Below are positions 13,200 to 29,169 of a stretch of DNA of 64,000 nt, piece after piece (positions within the stretch are counted from its first letter, which is position 1; each line of letters opens with the position of its first letter). The position numbers and the translations under genes are program-made. The notes below the pieces were generated by a model that saw only the letters and a program-made list of their open reading frames with translations, had not been told where the DNA came from and did no database searches. This DNA comes from the human T2T-CHM13v2.0 reference genome, Homo sapiens: NCBI RefSeq assembly GCF_009914755.1, contig NC_060927.1. One strand, given 5' to 3'.

Positions 13200-14076
13200 A
13201 CATTTGCTTTTATTGTGCTGCTGCTAGGAAGCGCAGGGTAAAGACATTATTCAATCACAATGACTAAGTGAGCCTAGATAAATTGTATATTTACCCAAGC
13301 TCTTCTAGATGAATTTAATTTTTTGAGTTGTATTTTAATAGGTTTTGTTGTGTAGATTTAATTCCCCATTTTGTGAGAAACTATACTGTAAAACAATCTT
13401 TAATATTCATTACTGGCTTGAGAATTTAATAAAATGAAAATGTTTTCTACTTTTACTTGGAATTTCATAGGTGCATCTTTAAAGATACTGACACCACTCT
13501 ACCTCCACTTTTAAGGAATTCATTAAAGTGCTGATCATTAGCTGAAAGTATGATAAAGAGGTGAAAAGTTTTGCACATGTTGCAAGTGAGAAAATGTCAC
13601 ACTAATGAGGCAAACATCATACATTATAAGCCCCTATGTGGGCTACTCCATTATTGAGTTTAGACGGTTAGCGACCTTGTGAATTAGGCCAATGAATGCC
13701 TAAAGGTTACGTAAGATAGTCTTGATGAATAAGAAAACATCCTTTCATACTGCTGGGAAACTAAACAAAAGCATATGCCTTTATTGGGCATCGCTAATAC
13801 TAACTTCACATTCCATGATTTCTACTTACTTTCATTTTGTGGAAGTACAAGAAACTGTTACATAGCAAGTCCTTATATCTCTCAAAACAATCTCTTCCCT
13901 TGAAAATGTCTGCAGCACTTTCTCAATTCCACTCAGTCCTCTTCTATTTCTATCTTTCCTTAACCATCTGGAGAAGTCAATCCTAGACATCATGGGATGG
14001 TGTTCTGGGATTTATACTATTGCAGATATTTATAGAAAGCCTAATTGATGAGCCTCTTTGTTCTTATCTTCTGTAG

Positions 14077-14146
14077 CCTCACTCGTAATAAACCGTTAAG
14101 AAAACAGAAATTGCAGACCAGACAAGACACAGCCTTTCCAGCCTTG
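14077..14146 (+). other. Candidate 70-nt exon (unverified)
   Basis: cctaat branch-like motif, pyrimidine tract ctctttgttcttatcttctgtag acceptor, ttg|gtaaga donor. Confidence 0.2.
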
Positions 14147-15189
14147 GTAAGACGTATTTTCTAGAAGAGTGCCGTTTTTCTCCACAATAGAACTTTAAAA
14201 GTAGATCCATCATTTAATGTTAGGAATCTGTCAAGCATGAATTTTTAGCCTCCATCAAAATTTTCAATAATTAATTCCATGGGTTTGGGAACCTACATAT
14301 TCCCTTCTCAACTATGTGGAAAAAAATTACCTCTGAAATTTGATAAACATTTCTATGTGCAGTTTATTAATATTAATAAATTTTATAAAGTTTAAACATT
14401 TCTTCATCTTTATAGAATGATAGTATCATTTTAAAGCTTATTCTTGTATGAATGTTAATCTGGCTCATTTATAAATTCCCTTCAGTTGGATTTCTTGCTC
14501 AAGAGAATTTGTATGAAAGATGGTGCTGATATCCACCAGATTTTGTTCTTATTTTTATTGATTGTTTACTTGTTTTGCATAATGATAGGTTATGTGCAGA
14601 ATAGTTCAGGTTCTTTTTCTTAGGTTTTTTTTTTTGCCATGTACATGTCCAGTTGAAATATACATGCTCACTTTTATGTAGTCCATCCTCTTCTATATTG
14701 AGCTAAACGTGAGTTCATACTGCTGTCTTCAATTCTGATCCATTACCACAAAGGTCATTATAACCCCCTCCTCCTTATTTTCTCACCCTTTCAATGAGTT
14801 TGTTTCATACATTTATAATATACTTAGAATATCTTTTCACATTCTGTATTCCATCCTGGAATTTTCCAACCTTCTAAAGGACATTTTTTAAAAAACCTTA
14901 AAAAAGAAGCTTCACTTTTTGTGTTGTAAAACACTGTAGGTTTTGATAAATGCTTAATGTCTTCTGTCCATGATTACAGTATTGCATAGAATAGTTTTTA
15001 CCCTAAAAAATTCCCTGCACTTCATCTATTCAACCCTCCTCTGCCCTACTACTCCAGCTTCTGGTATCCACTAATTTGTTTCCTATAGTTTTGCCATTTC
15101 CAGAATGTCATATAGTTGAAATCATATAGTATATAGCCCTTTCAGATAGCTTCTTTCACTTAACAATTTTCATGTAAGAGTTATTCATT

Positions 15190-15275
<86 letters not shown>
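15190..15275. repeat. Compound microsatellite (CT)n(GT)n(GA)n
   Basis: Directly visible. Confidence 0.95.
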
Positions 15276-16379
15276 TTGACAGCTCATTTATTTTAATCAC
15301 TGAATAATGTTGTAGGTCTGGATATACCACAGTTTTTATCCATTCTCCTTTAAAGAATATTCTGGTTGCTTTCAGTTTTTGGAAACTATGAATAAAGCTA
15401 CTATAAATACTCACATGCAGGTTTCATATGGTCATAAATTTTTTAATCAGTTGGGTAGTACCTAGGAGAGTGATCAGGCCCATGTGGTATGACTCTGTTT
15501 AGTTTTTTAAGAAACTTGTCTTCCAAAGTGGTTGTATCATTGCGAATTTCTATCAGCAGTGAATGAGAGTTCCTGTTGTTCCATGTCCTCAACAATATTT
15601 AATATTGACAAATTTTTGTCTTTTAGCCATTTTAAAAGGTATAATATGTACCTATTAAATTAAATATTTAATTAAATATTTGGTATCTCATTGTCATTTT
15701 AATTTGCAACTCTCTCTTGACAAATTATGTTGAGCATCGTTTCACATTATTTTCCCCCTGCATATTTCATTTGGTGAGGCATCTGTTTTATGGTGTATTT
15801 TTTTCATTTTTAAATTGAGTTGTTTTCTTATCATTGAGTGTTATTTGTATATTTTGAATACAATTCCTTCAACAGGAATGTGTTTCACAAATGCTTTCTC
15901 CCAGTCTGTGACTTCCATTTTAAATTTTTTAACAGTGTATTATTTAAAGCATGTTTTATTTTAATATATAACCATTTAATATAAAAATAACAATTCTTTC
16001 ATGGATCATTCTATTGATGTATTTAAATACACAAGGTGATATATATTTTAGCCTATGTTTATAATAATGTTTTATATTTTTATTACTTTACATTCAAATC
16101 TATGATGCATTTTGAAGAAAAAGGTTCAGCTTTTCACCACTAAGTATGATGTTAGTTGTAGGTTTTATGTAAGTGTTCTTTTTCAAATTGAGAAAGTTCC
16201 CCTTTATTCCTACTTCACTGAGAGTTTTTGTCATAAAAGAATATTGAATTTTTTAAGTGTTTTTTCTGTGTCTATTGACATAATGATATGAACGTTCCTT
16301 TTTCATCTGCAGTGAATTATATTGATTTTTCAATGTTGAACTAGTATTGGCATATCTGAAATAAACCTCACTTGGTAAT

Positions 16380-16832
16380 TATACTTGGTTGAATAGTGTC
16401 CCCACAAAATTCATGTTCACTTAGGATCTCAGAATGTGTACTTATTTGGAAATAGGAACTTTGCAAATGTAATCAAGTTAAGATAAGATCATACTGAATT
16501 AGGGTGACCCTGAAATCCAGTGACTCTCCTTCTAAGGAGAGAAATATTTGAAAACACACACAAAAGGAAGAAGGCTATGTCACAGCACAGGCAGCATTCT
16601 GGCTCTGTTCTAGAGTAAGGCAGCTGCAAGCCAAGGAATGCCAATGATTGTTGACAAACACCAAAATCTAAAGAAAGGCAAGGAAAATTTCTTTCCTAGA
16701 GGTTTCAGAGGGAACATGTCCCTCGTGACATCATGGCTTCTATTCTCGGAAACTGTGGGAGAATAAATTTTTATTGTTTTAAGCCACTCAGTATTTAATA
16801 ATTTTTAAAGGCAGTCTTAAGAAACTAATACA
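16380..16832 (+). mobile_element. MLT1C-like MaLR solo LTR
   Basis: ggttgaatagtgtcccc..aaaattcatgt; ttatttggaaatagg; caagccaaggaatgcca; agaataaatttttattgttttaagccac; ends gaaactaataca. Confidence 0.85.
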
Positions 16833-17358
16833 TTTCTGGTGTATAATTCCTTTATACATTGTTGGATTCAATTTGCTAATATTTTGTTGAGGATTTTGCA
16901 TCTATATTGATGATATATATTGGCCTGTAGTTTTTCTTACTTGTAATGTCCGTATATGGTTTTAGTATTAGAATAATGCTGATCTCATAGAATGAGCTAG
17001 GAAGTGTTCCCCCTTTTCTATTTACTAGAAAGAGATTGTGGAGAATTGGTATAATTTCTCCCTTAAATATTTGGGAAAATTCACCAGTGAAACCATCTGG
17101 TCATGATGACTTCATTATTGGAAAGTTATTAATTATTAATTCAATTCATTTAATAGATAAAGGACACTTCAAGTCATTTTTTCTCCTTGTGTGAGTTTTA
17201 GTAGTTCATAGCTTTCAAAGACTTGGCCCATTTCATCTAAATTGCCAAATTTGGGGGCATAGAGTTGCTCATAGTATTTGTTTATTGCCTTTTCTAATGC
17301 CCATAGGATCAGCAATGATGACTTCTTTTTTATTCCTGGTATCAGTAATTTGTATTTT

Positions 17359-17697
17359 TATATATATATATTATATATATAACATATATATAACATATAT
17401 ATATATAATATATACATATATGTGTTATATATAATATATACATATATATGTTATATATAACATATATATAATATATACATATATATGTATATATTATATA
17501 TGTATATATGTTATATATACATATATATTATATATGTATAATATGTTATATATATTATGTATATGTTATACATATATGTACATATATGTACATAACATAT
17601 ATGTTATGTATATGTTATATATATTATATATGTTATATATATAATATATATGTAATATACACATAAAAACACACATATATACACATAAATATATATC
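17359..17697. repeat. ~340-bp AT-rich complex (TA)n array
   Basis: TA runs interrupted by recurring taacatat / atatgtta / tacata units. Confidence 0.95.
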
Positions 17698-18816
17698 TTT
17701 TTGGTTAGCATGGTTAGAGGCTTATCAAATTTATTAAGCTTTTAAAAGAAACAGCTTTAGATTTCACTGATTTTCTTACTGTTTTCCTGTTTCTGATTTT
17801 ATTGATTTCTGTTCTAATACATATTGATGTTCTAGACATATTGATATCTTTTATTCTGCTTGCTTTAGGTTTAAATTACAAATTTTTCCCCAGTTTTCTA
17901 AAGTGGAAACTTAAAGTATTGATTTTAGATCTTTCTTGTTTTTTAATACAGTCATTTAATTCTATAAATATCCTTCTTAGTGAATATCACAAACTTTCAT
18001 AATTTATATTTTCATATAAATTGAATTCAATTGTTTTTAAAATTTCTCTTGAGATCACCTCTTTAGATTATGTGTTATTTCAAAGTTTGTTGTTTAATTT
18101 CCAAATGTATGGGGATTTTCAATTAATTTTAGTTCAATTCCATTATGATCCAAGAACATACTTTATTTGATTTCTATTATTTTGCATTTGTTAAGGTGTA
18201 TTTTATCACCCAAAATGTGATTTATGTTGGTGAATGTTCCATGTGAACTAGAGGAGTGTGATTATTCTATTGTTGAATGAACTAGTCAACAAATATTAAT
18301 GAGATCAAGTTGATTTTTAGTGTTGTTTAGGTCAACTATATTCTTTCTCACTTTCTTCCTGCTTGATCTATTAATTACTGTCAGGGAATGTTGAAATCTT
18401 CAACTCTATTCGTGGATTTGTGTGTTTTTCCTTTCAGTTCTATCAGTTTTGGTCTTGTGTATTTTTATGTGTTGTTTCTGCCTGCATACATATTTAGGCT
18501 TGATATTTCTTCTTGGAGAATTGACCCGTTTGCCATTATTATTAATGATATACTCCTTTATTACTAGTAATTTGTCTCCTTCCAAAGTCTGGTTTGTCTG
18601 AAATTAATATGGCTACTCCAGTTTCCTTTCAATGAATGCTAGCATGGTTGCTTTATCTATCCCTTTATTTTTAACCTATTAGAAACTTTATTTTTAAAGT
18701 GGGATTTTGTAGACAACATACAGTTGGGTCTTATTTGTTTGTCTACTCTGAAAATATCTGTCTTTTAATTGGTTTATACAGACCATTGACATTTCAAGTA
18801 ATTATTGATATATTTG

Positions 18817-19205
<389 letters not shown>

Positions 19206-19434
19206 TGAACTATTCTTGTAATTGTTTTCATTTATTGCCAGATAATTTTTCCCTCGTGATACCTCTGGTTTTAATTTCAGTTATACTTAAAAAAAAAAAG
19301 ATTTTTAGTGGTTTCCCTAGAGTTTACAACATACATTTCTAACTACTTTAATTTTACCTTCAAACAACATTATTCTGCTTATAGCTCCAGTTCCTCCTTC
19401 TCATCTTTTGTGACACTGCTATCATACATTTCAC

Positions 19435-19570
19435 TTATCCATATGCTATAATCACCCAATACATTATTAGTATTATTACTTTAAGCAGTTATCCATATGC
19501 TATAATCCATACGCTATAATCCATATGCTATAATCACCCAACATATTATTAGTATTATTACTTTAAAGTT
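19435..19570. repeat. Local compound tandem duplication
   Basis: atccatatgctataatcaccca..attattagtattattactttaa occurs twice, with extra 14-bp atccatatgctata units between. Confidence 0.9.
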
Positions 19571-19770
19571 ACCTTTTAGATCAATTAAAATAAGAAAAAA
19601 TAAATAATTTCATTTTGTCTTCATTTATTCCTTCTCTAATGTTCTTCTTTTCTTTATGTCTATCCAAGTTTCTAACCTACATCCTTTTTGTTCTGCCTGA
19701 AGAAAATCTTTTAGCATTTCTTGTAAAGAACTGGCAATGAATTTTCTGTTTTTGTTTGTTTGAAAAAATA

Positions 19771-20060
19771 GGCCAGGCATGGTGGCTTATACCTGTAATT
19801 CCAGCAACTGAAGCCAAGGTTGGAGGATTGCTTGAGCCAGGAGTTCAAGACCAGCCTGGGTAACATAGGGAGACCCCATCTCTACAAAATATTTTTTTTA
19901 AAAGGTTAGCTGGGCATGGTGGCATGTGAAGATTGCTTGAGATCTGGGAGGTCAAGGCTTCAGTGAGCCATGACTGTGCCACTGCATTCCAGTGTGGGCA
20001 AAAGAAGGAGACTCTGTCTCAAAAGAAAAAAAAAAAAACAAAAAAACCAAAAAAAAAACA
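19771..20060 (+). mobile_element. AluJ with an internal deletion in the right arm
   Basis: ggccaggcatggtggct...ggattgcttgagcc; ggcatgtg joins directly to aagattgcttgag; A-rich tail. Confidence 0.9.
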
Positions 20061-22374
20061 AGGAAAAGTATGTACTTTCTTTCACTTTTAATGAATATTT
20101 TCACTGGATATAGAATTCTAGGTTGATGTTCTTTTCTTTCAATATTTTAGATATTTCCCTCTGTGATCTTATTTGCATGGTGTCTGATTAGAAATGTACT
20201 GTAATTCTTATGCTTGTTCCTTATAATTTGTATATGTTGTTTTATCTTTCTCTGTATTATTTCAATATTTTCTCTTTTCTTTGATTTTATGAAGTTTAAA
20301 TATGCTAGGCCTCAGGGTTGATTTTAGAAATTTATTCTGCCTGGGGTTCTCTGGGCTTCTGGATCTGTGGTTTGGTGTCTATGATAAATTTTTGAAAGCT
20401 CTTAGTCATTATTACTTTAAATATTTCTTCTGCTTCATTCATGCTTTCTTATCCCTCCAGTTGTCCAATTGCATGTATTTTTTATACTGTCCCATAGTCT
20501 TGGATGTTCTGTTGTGTTGTTTTGTTTTATTTTATTTTCCCATCCTTTTCTTTACATTTCTCTTTGGAAATCCTCAAGCTCTCTAAATCTTTCCTCAGTC
20601 ACACAAGTCTACTAATGTGTTCATCAAAAATATTCTTCATTTCTCTCCCAGTGTTTTTTATTTCTAGTATTTCCTTTTGATTCTTTTTCAGAATTGCAGT
20701 CTCTCTGATTACATTACCTATATGTTCTTGGATTTTGCCTGCTTTCTCCATTAGCTACCTTAACATATTAATCACAATTATTTAAAACTCTCTGCACAAT
20801 TATTTCAACACATATGTCATATATAACTCTGGTTCTGAAACTTGCTTTGTCTTGTTAGGCTGTGTTTTTTTCTTGATCTTTGCATACCTTGTAATTTGTT
20901 TGTTGAAAGCCAGACACATTGCACAATAGAGATTGATGTAAACAGGTCTCTAGTGTGAGTATTGATGTTAATCTGGCTAGGAGTTGAGATTTTTTTAATG
21001 TTTTCTATAGCTGTAGGATCCAGAGGTTTCAAATTCCTCTGATGACCTTGTTTTTGTTTTCCCTTTTGATTTTGGGCTTACTAAAATTAATATTCCTCCT
21101 CAGAAAGTTTGTGTCTCATAGCTCTTCTGGCGTAATTACTATAACTCATTATTAGAATGCCATAGCCTCTTGGTGTGGTGGTGAGGTGGGGAATGGGGCA
21201 CATCCCATAGTCTCAGTCTTTTAGAAGGCCGTATTTCTGCCCTATGACTTACACAAGTGTTTCTTCCTGTATAGCTTCTTCTCCACTCCGCCTTACATAT
21301 GGAGAGGACTGTAGTGAGAGGAATAATTTCCCCTCACACCTTTGGGATAAAACTCTGGTAGTCTTCCTACTCTAGAGGAAGCCATTTTTATGGAGAAGGC
21401 TTCGGGGTCATTTCTCAAGGATTACTCTTTTCCTCCCCCTACCAGAGCCACAAAGGGGGTCTTTCTTAACTCTTTATTGTGAGAATCTGGCGGTTTGCTG
21501 GGGGTAAATTCTGTGAAAGACAGAGTGTCTTCCTAAGACTACAGCCCCTAGGACTTTCTCACTGTGGTAGTAATGCACATTCAACCTCTAGAAATTTGTC
21601 AAAATTCCCATTTAATTGTTCCTATCAGTTAATGGCTGCAGTGGCTTCTGCTCCACGTAAACAGATCTCAATTATATCTCTCTGGATTCTCCTGTCTTTC
21701 CAATTGTTGGAGTGGAAATTTATCCTGCAAACTCAGTTTTCTAATCCGTCCAAGAAAAGTCATTGATTTTCATTTTGTCCAGCTTTGTTTTGTTGTTAAA
21801 ATAATGGAAGTGACCATTTCCAAGCTCCTTGTACGTTGAAGCTATAACTGGAATTTAAGCTAGGATTTTTAAACATCTAATTTTACTACATGCTTATGTG
21901 CCAGTGGCTTTGAAAGGGATACTTGAAGAGATACATGTCCAATTCAAGTCTGTCTCTCAGGAAGTTTTGTTACTTTCTAGAGCATATTAGAAATACTTTG
22001 CACTCCTACCAATTTCTATAAATGGATCTTGAAACTGAATGCAGGAAAAATGATCCCTTGAAACTAGAGAAGGGTATGGGCTTGTGACCAATATAAGCTT
22101 TAAAGAGAGAAAACATGCGTCTAATAGGATTTAGTCTTCTGATTTTTCCTAGCTGCTTTTAATTTTATCAGCTGTTTTATAGCAGTTTTATGTTATTATA
22201 TTCTCCCTATATTTTTTATTATCTTTTTTCAAAAAGAGTTGTTGCTGATTCTCGTAATTTAAATGTGTTATCATTTTTGATGATTAGAAGAAACATAACA
22301 CAAAACATGTTTTTATTTATATTTTCAAATTTTCTTATATCACTAGATTTACGAAAATACATCTTTCAAAAAAG

Positions 22375-22478
22375 CCATTCATTTATTCATTCTTTATTTA
22401 TTTACCAATCAAGAATCCAGAGTACCTATTATGTGCACAGCTTTAAGTACATTGGGGAATGAAAAGATGAATAGTTTT
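22375..22478 (-). mobile_element. L2 3' end
   Basis: cattcatttattcattc...gagtacctattatgtgc...ggggaatgaaaagatgaata. Confidence 0.6.
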
Positions 22479-23170
22479 CAAGCAAAATCTTTATTGCTGA
22501 TATATTTTAAGAATTATATACCTAATGAGAAACATAAGACATGTATTTTTTGTCTTATAAGGTTTTTTCTTTTAAAAAATACATTATAGATCACCTTAAA
22601 AGGAGAAAAATATTAATGCAGTAAATCAGTTTTAACCTTGCTAGCCTAATGTTTACATTATTATTCTTGGTATAATTAAAAAATACTAACAAATATTAAC
22701 AAAGATTAAACAAAAATGAACTTATCTAGATCTAAGGAAGTAAATGGTTCTTGACTATTTAGGGCTTTCAGTGAAGTGTGTGCAGCTTGGCTTTTTCGAA
22801 GAGAATGACATTCAAATATGGTATAAAAATATCTGATTTCACCCAACTCATCTGTGAGAATCTAGAAATGACTGCTATCTAACAAGGCCTACATAACATC
22901 TTCAGGAATCTGTTACAGCTTAATTCTCTTTTTTTTTCTTTCATTTTCTTTTTTTTATTATTATTATTATAGTTTAAGTTTTAGGGTACATGTGCACATT
23001 GTGCAGGTTAGTTACATATGTATACATGTGCCATGCTGGTGCTCTGCACCCACTAACTCGTCATCTAGCATTAGGTATATCTCCCAATGCTATCCCTCCC
23101 TCCTCCCCCCACCCCACAACAGTCCCCAGAGTGTGATGTTCCCCTTCCTGTGTCCATGTGTTCTCATTGT

Positions 23171-24966
<1,796 letters not shown>

Positions 24967-25099
24967 TAATTCTCTAAGCAGTGGAGGTTTACATTTTAAA
25001 AGAAACAACAAACTTTGTTTTTCGCAGTGGCAACCTTGAACGCTTTTGAATTAAAACCTGGGGATCCTGTTTATTGGCTTTGAGATTTTTTGCTACACC

Positions 25100-25115
25100 A
25101 CTCCAGGGGGCACTA
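25100..25115 (+). promoter_or_regulatory. Candidate CTCF motif
   Basis: actccagggggcacta compared with consensus CCACCAGGGGGCGCTA; 3' core matches well. Confidence 0.35.
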
Positions 25116-25769
25116 AGCACATTTTCTAATCTCCATAAATTAAAAAAAAATTAAAATAACACATTTCTTTTTTACCTTGAAAAAACAATTTCCATCAACA
25201 CAACAATTTCCATTCAATTTCCTGGATACAAACTGTTAATAGAAGTAGGGAAGGAAAGGAAAGTGATAATTATTTAAACATGTTAAAGTGAACAATTCAT
25301 GGTTTAATAATTGCTGTGTTTTCACAAGAAAGTTATTCTTTGAAATTGGCTTTCACATGTGAAATAAACCACCTTTAGATGCTCTATCTTCATGCACGGT
25401 TTTCTTACATTTAATCATTTCATCTTTAAAACAAAAATGACATCAGAAATAAAACACAGTCTCAGTACTGTTCTTCAGTTATACTTAATGAACATACAAA
25501 ATATAGACAGGGGCAGAAGAGAGGCATAAAAATGATGATAATATGATACTTTTATGTACCATTTCTAGTAATAAGTTTGTTAGCTCAGGTAATTTGGATC
25601 TAACAGAAGAAATAGTAGCAGCTGCCATAGCCCCATCTCAACGTCTCCTGGAAGGGTTGACATAAAAGACTCTTGGCCATGGTGGTTAGTTATGGGACAG
25701 AATGAGCCAAGTTCATTAAACCATTCCAAGGAAGGGAAAGAGAATCACTTTCAACATACACATAAATAC

Positions 25770-25822
25770 GTGTGTATACACACACACACACACACTATAT
25801 ATATTATATATATATATTATAA
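25770..25822. repeat. (CA)n(TA)n microsatellite
   Basis: Directly visible. Confidence 0.85.
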
Positions 25823-25999
25823 TTAACAAGATGAGGTAGATTTTTATCAATTTATTTCTTGGCTTATCAGCATCTATCACCCTAGTTCAAGTACCAGACG
25901 TTTGAGGATTCTACCCCTTTTCATTTTTATCCCTGAATTTGGGTGGGCTCCACTTACCCCCTAATACTAGAAGTAAAGCATCTATCTTAGACCTAAGTT

Positions 26000-26355
26000 T
26001 ATTAGTTCATTGCATTCTCCCTAGAGACAAGTACGTGACAGAAACACAGCCAGTGAGATGCAATGGATCTTTAGCTGGAACTACCACCAGAGTGATTCTC
26101 ATTTTGCTTTTTCCAGGGCATTTGAGAATGAGTTTATAGAAACTAAGAGACCAACTCAGAAGCCACACATTTGAGAGGTTGAGACAAAGTAACCAGGTCC
26201 TGATGAGTTATTTGAGCATTTGCCTAAAGTTGTGCCTGAAGCCAGGCCTATCCCTAGACTTTTTAGTTACATGACCCCACACATCCCCCTTTTGCTTGAA
26301 CCAGTTTGCATCGAATTTTCTGTTACTTGAACCAGAAAGAGGCCTAAATAGTACT
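26000..26355 (+). mobile_element. Old MaLR LTR (MLT1J/K-like)
   Basis: ggtcctgatga...tgtgcctgaagccag..ccctagactttttagttacatga...ccagtttg...ttttctgttacttg. Confidence 0.7.
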
Positions 26356-29033
26356 GAAAAAATATATATATATCTGAGGAAGAGATTATCTTATCATGGA
26401 TGTAAGCAGACAATTTTATAAGAATTCAAGAGAGCTAAAAAACAGAACAAACATTCCAGTGAATTTTTGATTTTCCTACTCAAAGTTTCATGTAGAGAAA
26501 TATATACATCATCTGGTGATTTTTATGTAATTGCATTACTGGAAGCTGTTATAACAAAATATATGTGACTTGATGACATAATTACATGTAATATGGATAC
26601 CATGGCCTAGCATCTAAATGCTAAGATTTTAAAAACTCTTTTTAAAAAAGAATTCTAGCTAAAAGTTTGTGAATTGAAATCTCTCTTATTCTGTTTCTCA
26701 TGGCCTCAACCAAATATCCTTTATGTGCTTGTTATTTTGTTTTGATGCCATCAAATGAAGGTTCAACCTCATGAGAAAATCTTTTGAAATGGTCTCCTGA
26801 AACAACACAGAATATGATTCTAGTATGAGTATAATTATGTACAACACAGCAGTGGAACCAAGGACATAAAATAAAATAGCTGACAACACTAAGAAGTCAT
26901 AATTTCAGCTTGTTATACACACTCTCATCTTAAGGAAGATGAATCAAAATTCTTTGCAACTTGCGTCATTTCTGAATATGAAGGACTGCAATATACAAAG
27001 CTAAATTTATCCTTCCTTTAATGGACCATGCAGCTAATTCCAGCAGATGAAGACTGCAATCCCAATATCCCTCCTTCTGAAGCACTAAACAAAACAGGCA
27101 GGTTTTGTGAACTTTTGCTGCTTATTTTCACTATGACTTTTCACATTTCCTTTGGCAGCTTTGGCATGGAATACCTTAAGAAAAGGTTTTAGTATCTAAC
27201 ATCGCTGGAATCATATTTACCTGCAAGGTTCTAAAATGTGATGTTCAAAAATGAAAGCTCCTTTAACTCCCCAAACCAGTCATATGCCATCTGTAATCTG
27301 TGACCGGCCAAAGCTCAACATCTATGAGAAGCTGAACAGCTTCTCTCTAATACACCCACCAGCAGACTCTCAATTCTTTGGGGTGTCTTAAGAACAACAC
27401 TCTGAAAACCCAAAGTAGGAAAAAATCCATCAATGTATCAAACAAAATTTCCACCTCACTCATGGCTCATGACCAATATTTTTTAGTGATAATGGATAAA
27501 GGCCAAGAAATTGGCCGATATGAAATCCAGCTTAAAAAAAAAAAAGACTTTCTTTGCACTAGGAAAATAAAGCCATATTACAGAATGAATTGACTTACCA
27601 TTTTACCATTTTGTTAAAAGACATTCTGATGAGATTTAGAAAGCAGCAAGACTTACCTAGAAGAAAAAAGAGGAAAAAAAGGAGAAGATATTAAAACAAT
27701 AAATAAGAAAGGATAATAGTGAAGACATTTTTAAATGGATTCTAAGATGACAAAAAGTGAGCACAGACCACCTACATAGGAGTAAGTCAGTAAAGGAGAA
27801 AGGGGGAAAATAAACTTCTTTAAGTTGTTATTACCTTTATCGCACGAAAGGATAAAATACACAGGAATCGAGTGTTTATGTTATATAAGGTGTGTAACAG
27901 AGCCCTTCATATTAGCACAATTCATAAGGAAATTACATGATTTTAATGTTACCTCTTAGTCCCTGAGAAATTGAAAAGTGACTTCACATTACATACATTT
28001 TAAAAATATTGGTGTACTGGGCATCAGCCATAAAGATCATCAAATTGTTTTAAAAACCCAGGCAATATGCAGATGACAGGGAAAGAAATAATCTCCCTAC
28101 AAGCTTGGAGTGGTCATTCCAGGACTTTTTGTTTTGTTTGTTAATCAAGTCTCTGTACTCTCTTACCATTGTAATAGGCTAGACAAGTATAAACCTTTAA
28201 GTCCGCTGACAGGGTTCCCTGTTTCCCCAAAGTGGATGAAGGGAGAAAAAGGAACAAAGAATTGAGTTTCACCTCTAAAGAGATCATATGATGTGAGGTC
28301 AGTTTATGGAAGTTTTGCTGCTAGAAGCATATGTGGAATTTCCTAGCCACCTAGACAGTTGTTACCAGCTTTGTCCTATCTTTTGCAGGGAGACTGAGGC
28401 AACCTCATACATTTTTATATTTTATGTTTATATTAAATTTCCATGTTCTCTTTCATTCCCTCCACCTAGAGGGACTTATCTCTTCCTAAATTCCCTCTTC
28501 TACTGGGCAAAGAAGTAAGAGAAGAATCAGAAATGCATACAGAAAAGTTACAGGCTACTTTTTTCTTGTTTCTTCAAACTGACCTAAATTTCTAGGTGTT
28601 CCGGGGATATACATATGCTTACCTTTCACATCACTTCATATTAACATAGTAACTGGTACAAGTGGCTAACCCCTACCCCCATAAAGACCCTCTTTTTCTG
28701 AACTACAGTTGAGTGAGTATTAAAATAAGGACTAAATCCCCAAACATATTTTTTAATCCCAGAAAACATATGTATTACTAATTTATAATCAAAGCCCAGG
28801 ACATAGCAAAATGCATTGCGTAAATGAATGTGGGCAGGGCTAGGAGAATACCTAGGACTTTGGATGCCTAATCTAGTAACTGAGTACACGTCGACACAGT
28901 GCTTTTCTTTTAATCCTGAGTATTTTCTATATTCGTTTTTAGGAATGTTTTCAAAAGTATTTTGGCATGATTTTTAAAATTCACTACATAACATTTTAAC
29001 AAATATTCTTTTTTTTTTTTTTTAACGTCGAAG

Positions 29034-29169
29034 TCGTCACCTGACATTTGTTATAGTCAATCAGTAGGGCAAACCTCCAAGTACCCCTGCCATCTTATAG
29101 GAACTGACAACAGAGATTTCTGCAGTCTTATTAAACAGTCCTTTTGCAATTACAGGTACATCACTCCAG
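29034..29169 (+). other. Candidate exon ending at a strong donor (unverified)
   Basis: cag|gttagt donor at 29169/29170; possible acceptors after the T-tract (29033) or ttttgcaattacag (29155). Confidence 0.2.

Noticed and set aside
13705-13716. ttacgtaa PAR-bZIP/ATF-like palindromes (also ~37740)
   Set aside because: Isolated 8-mers with no supporting context
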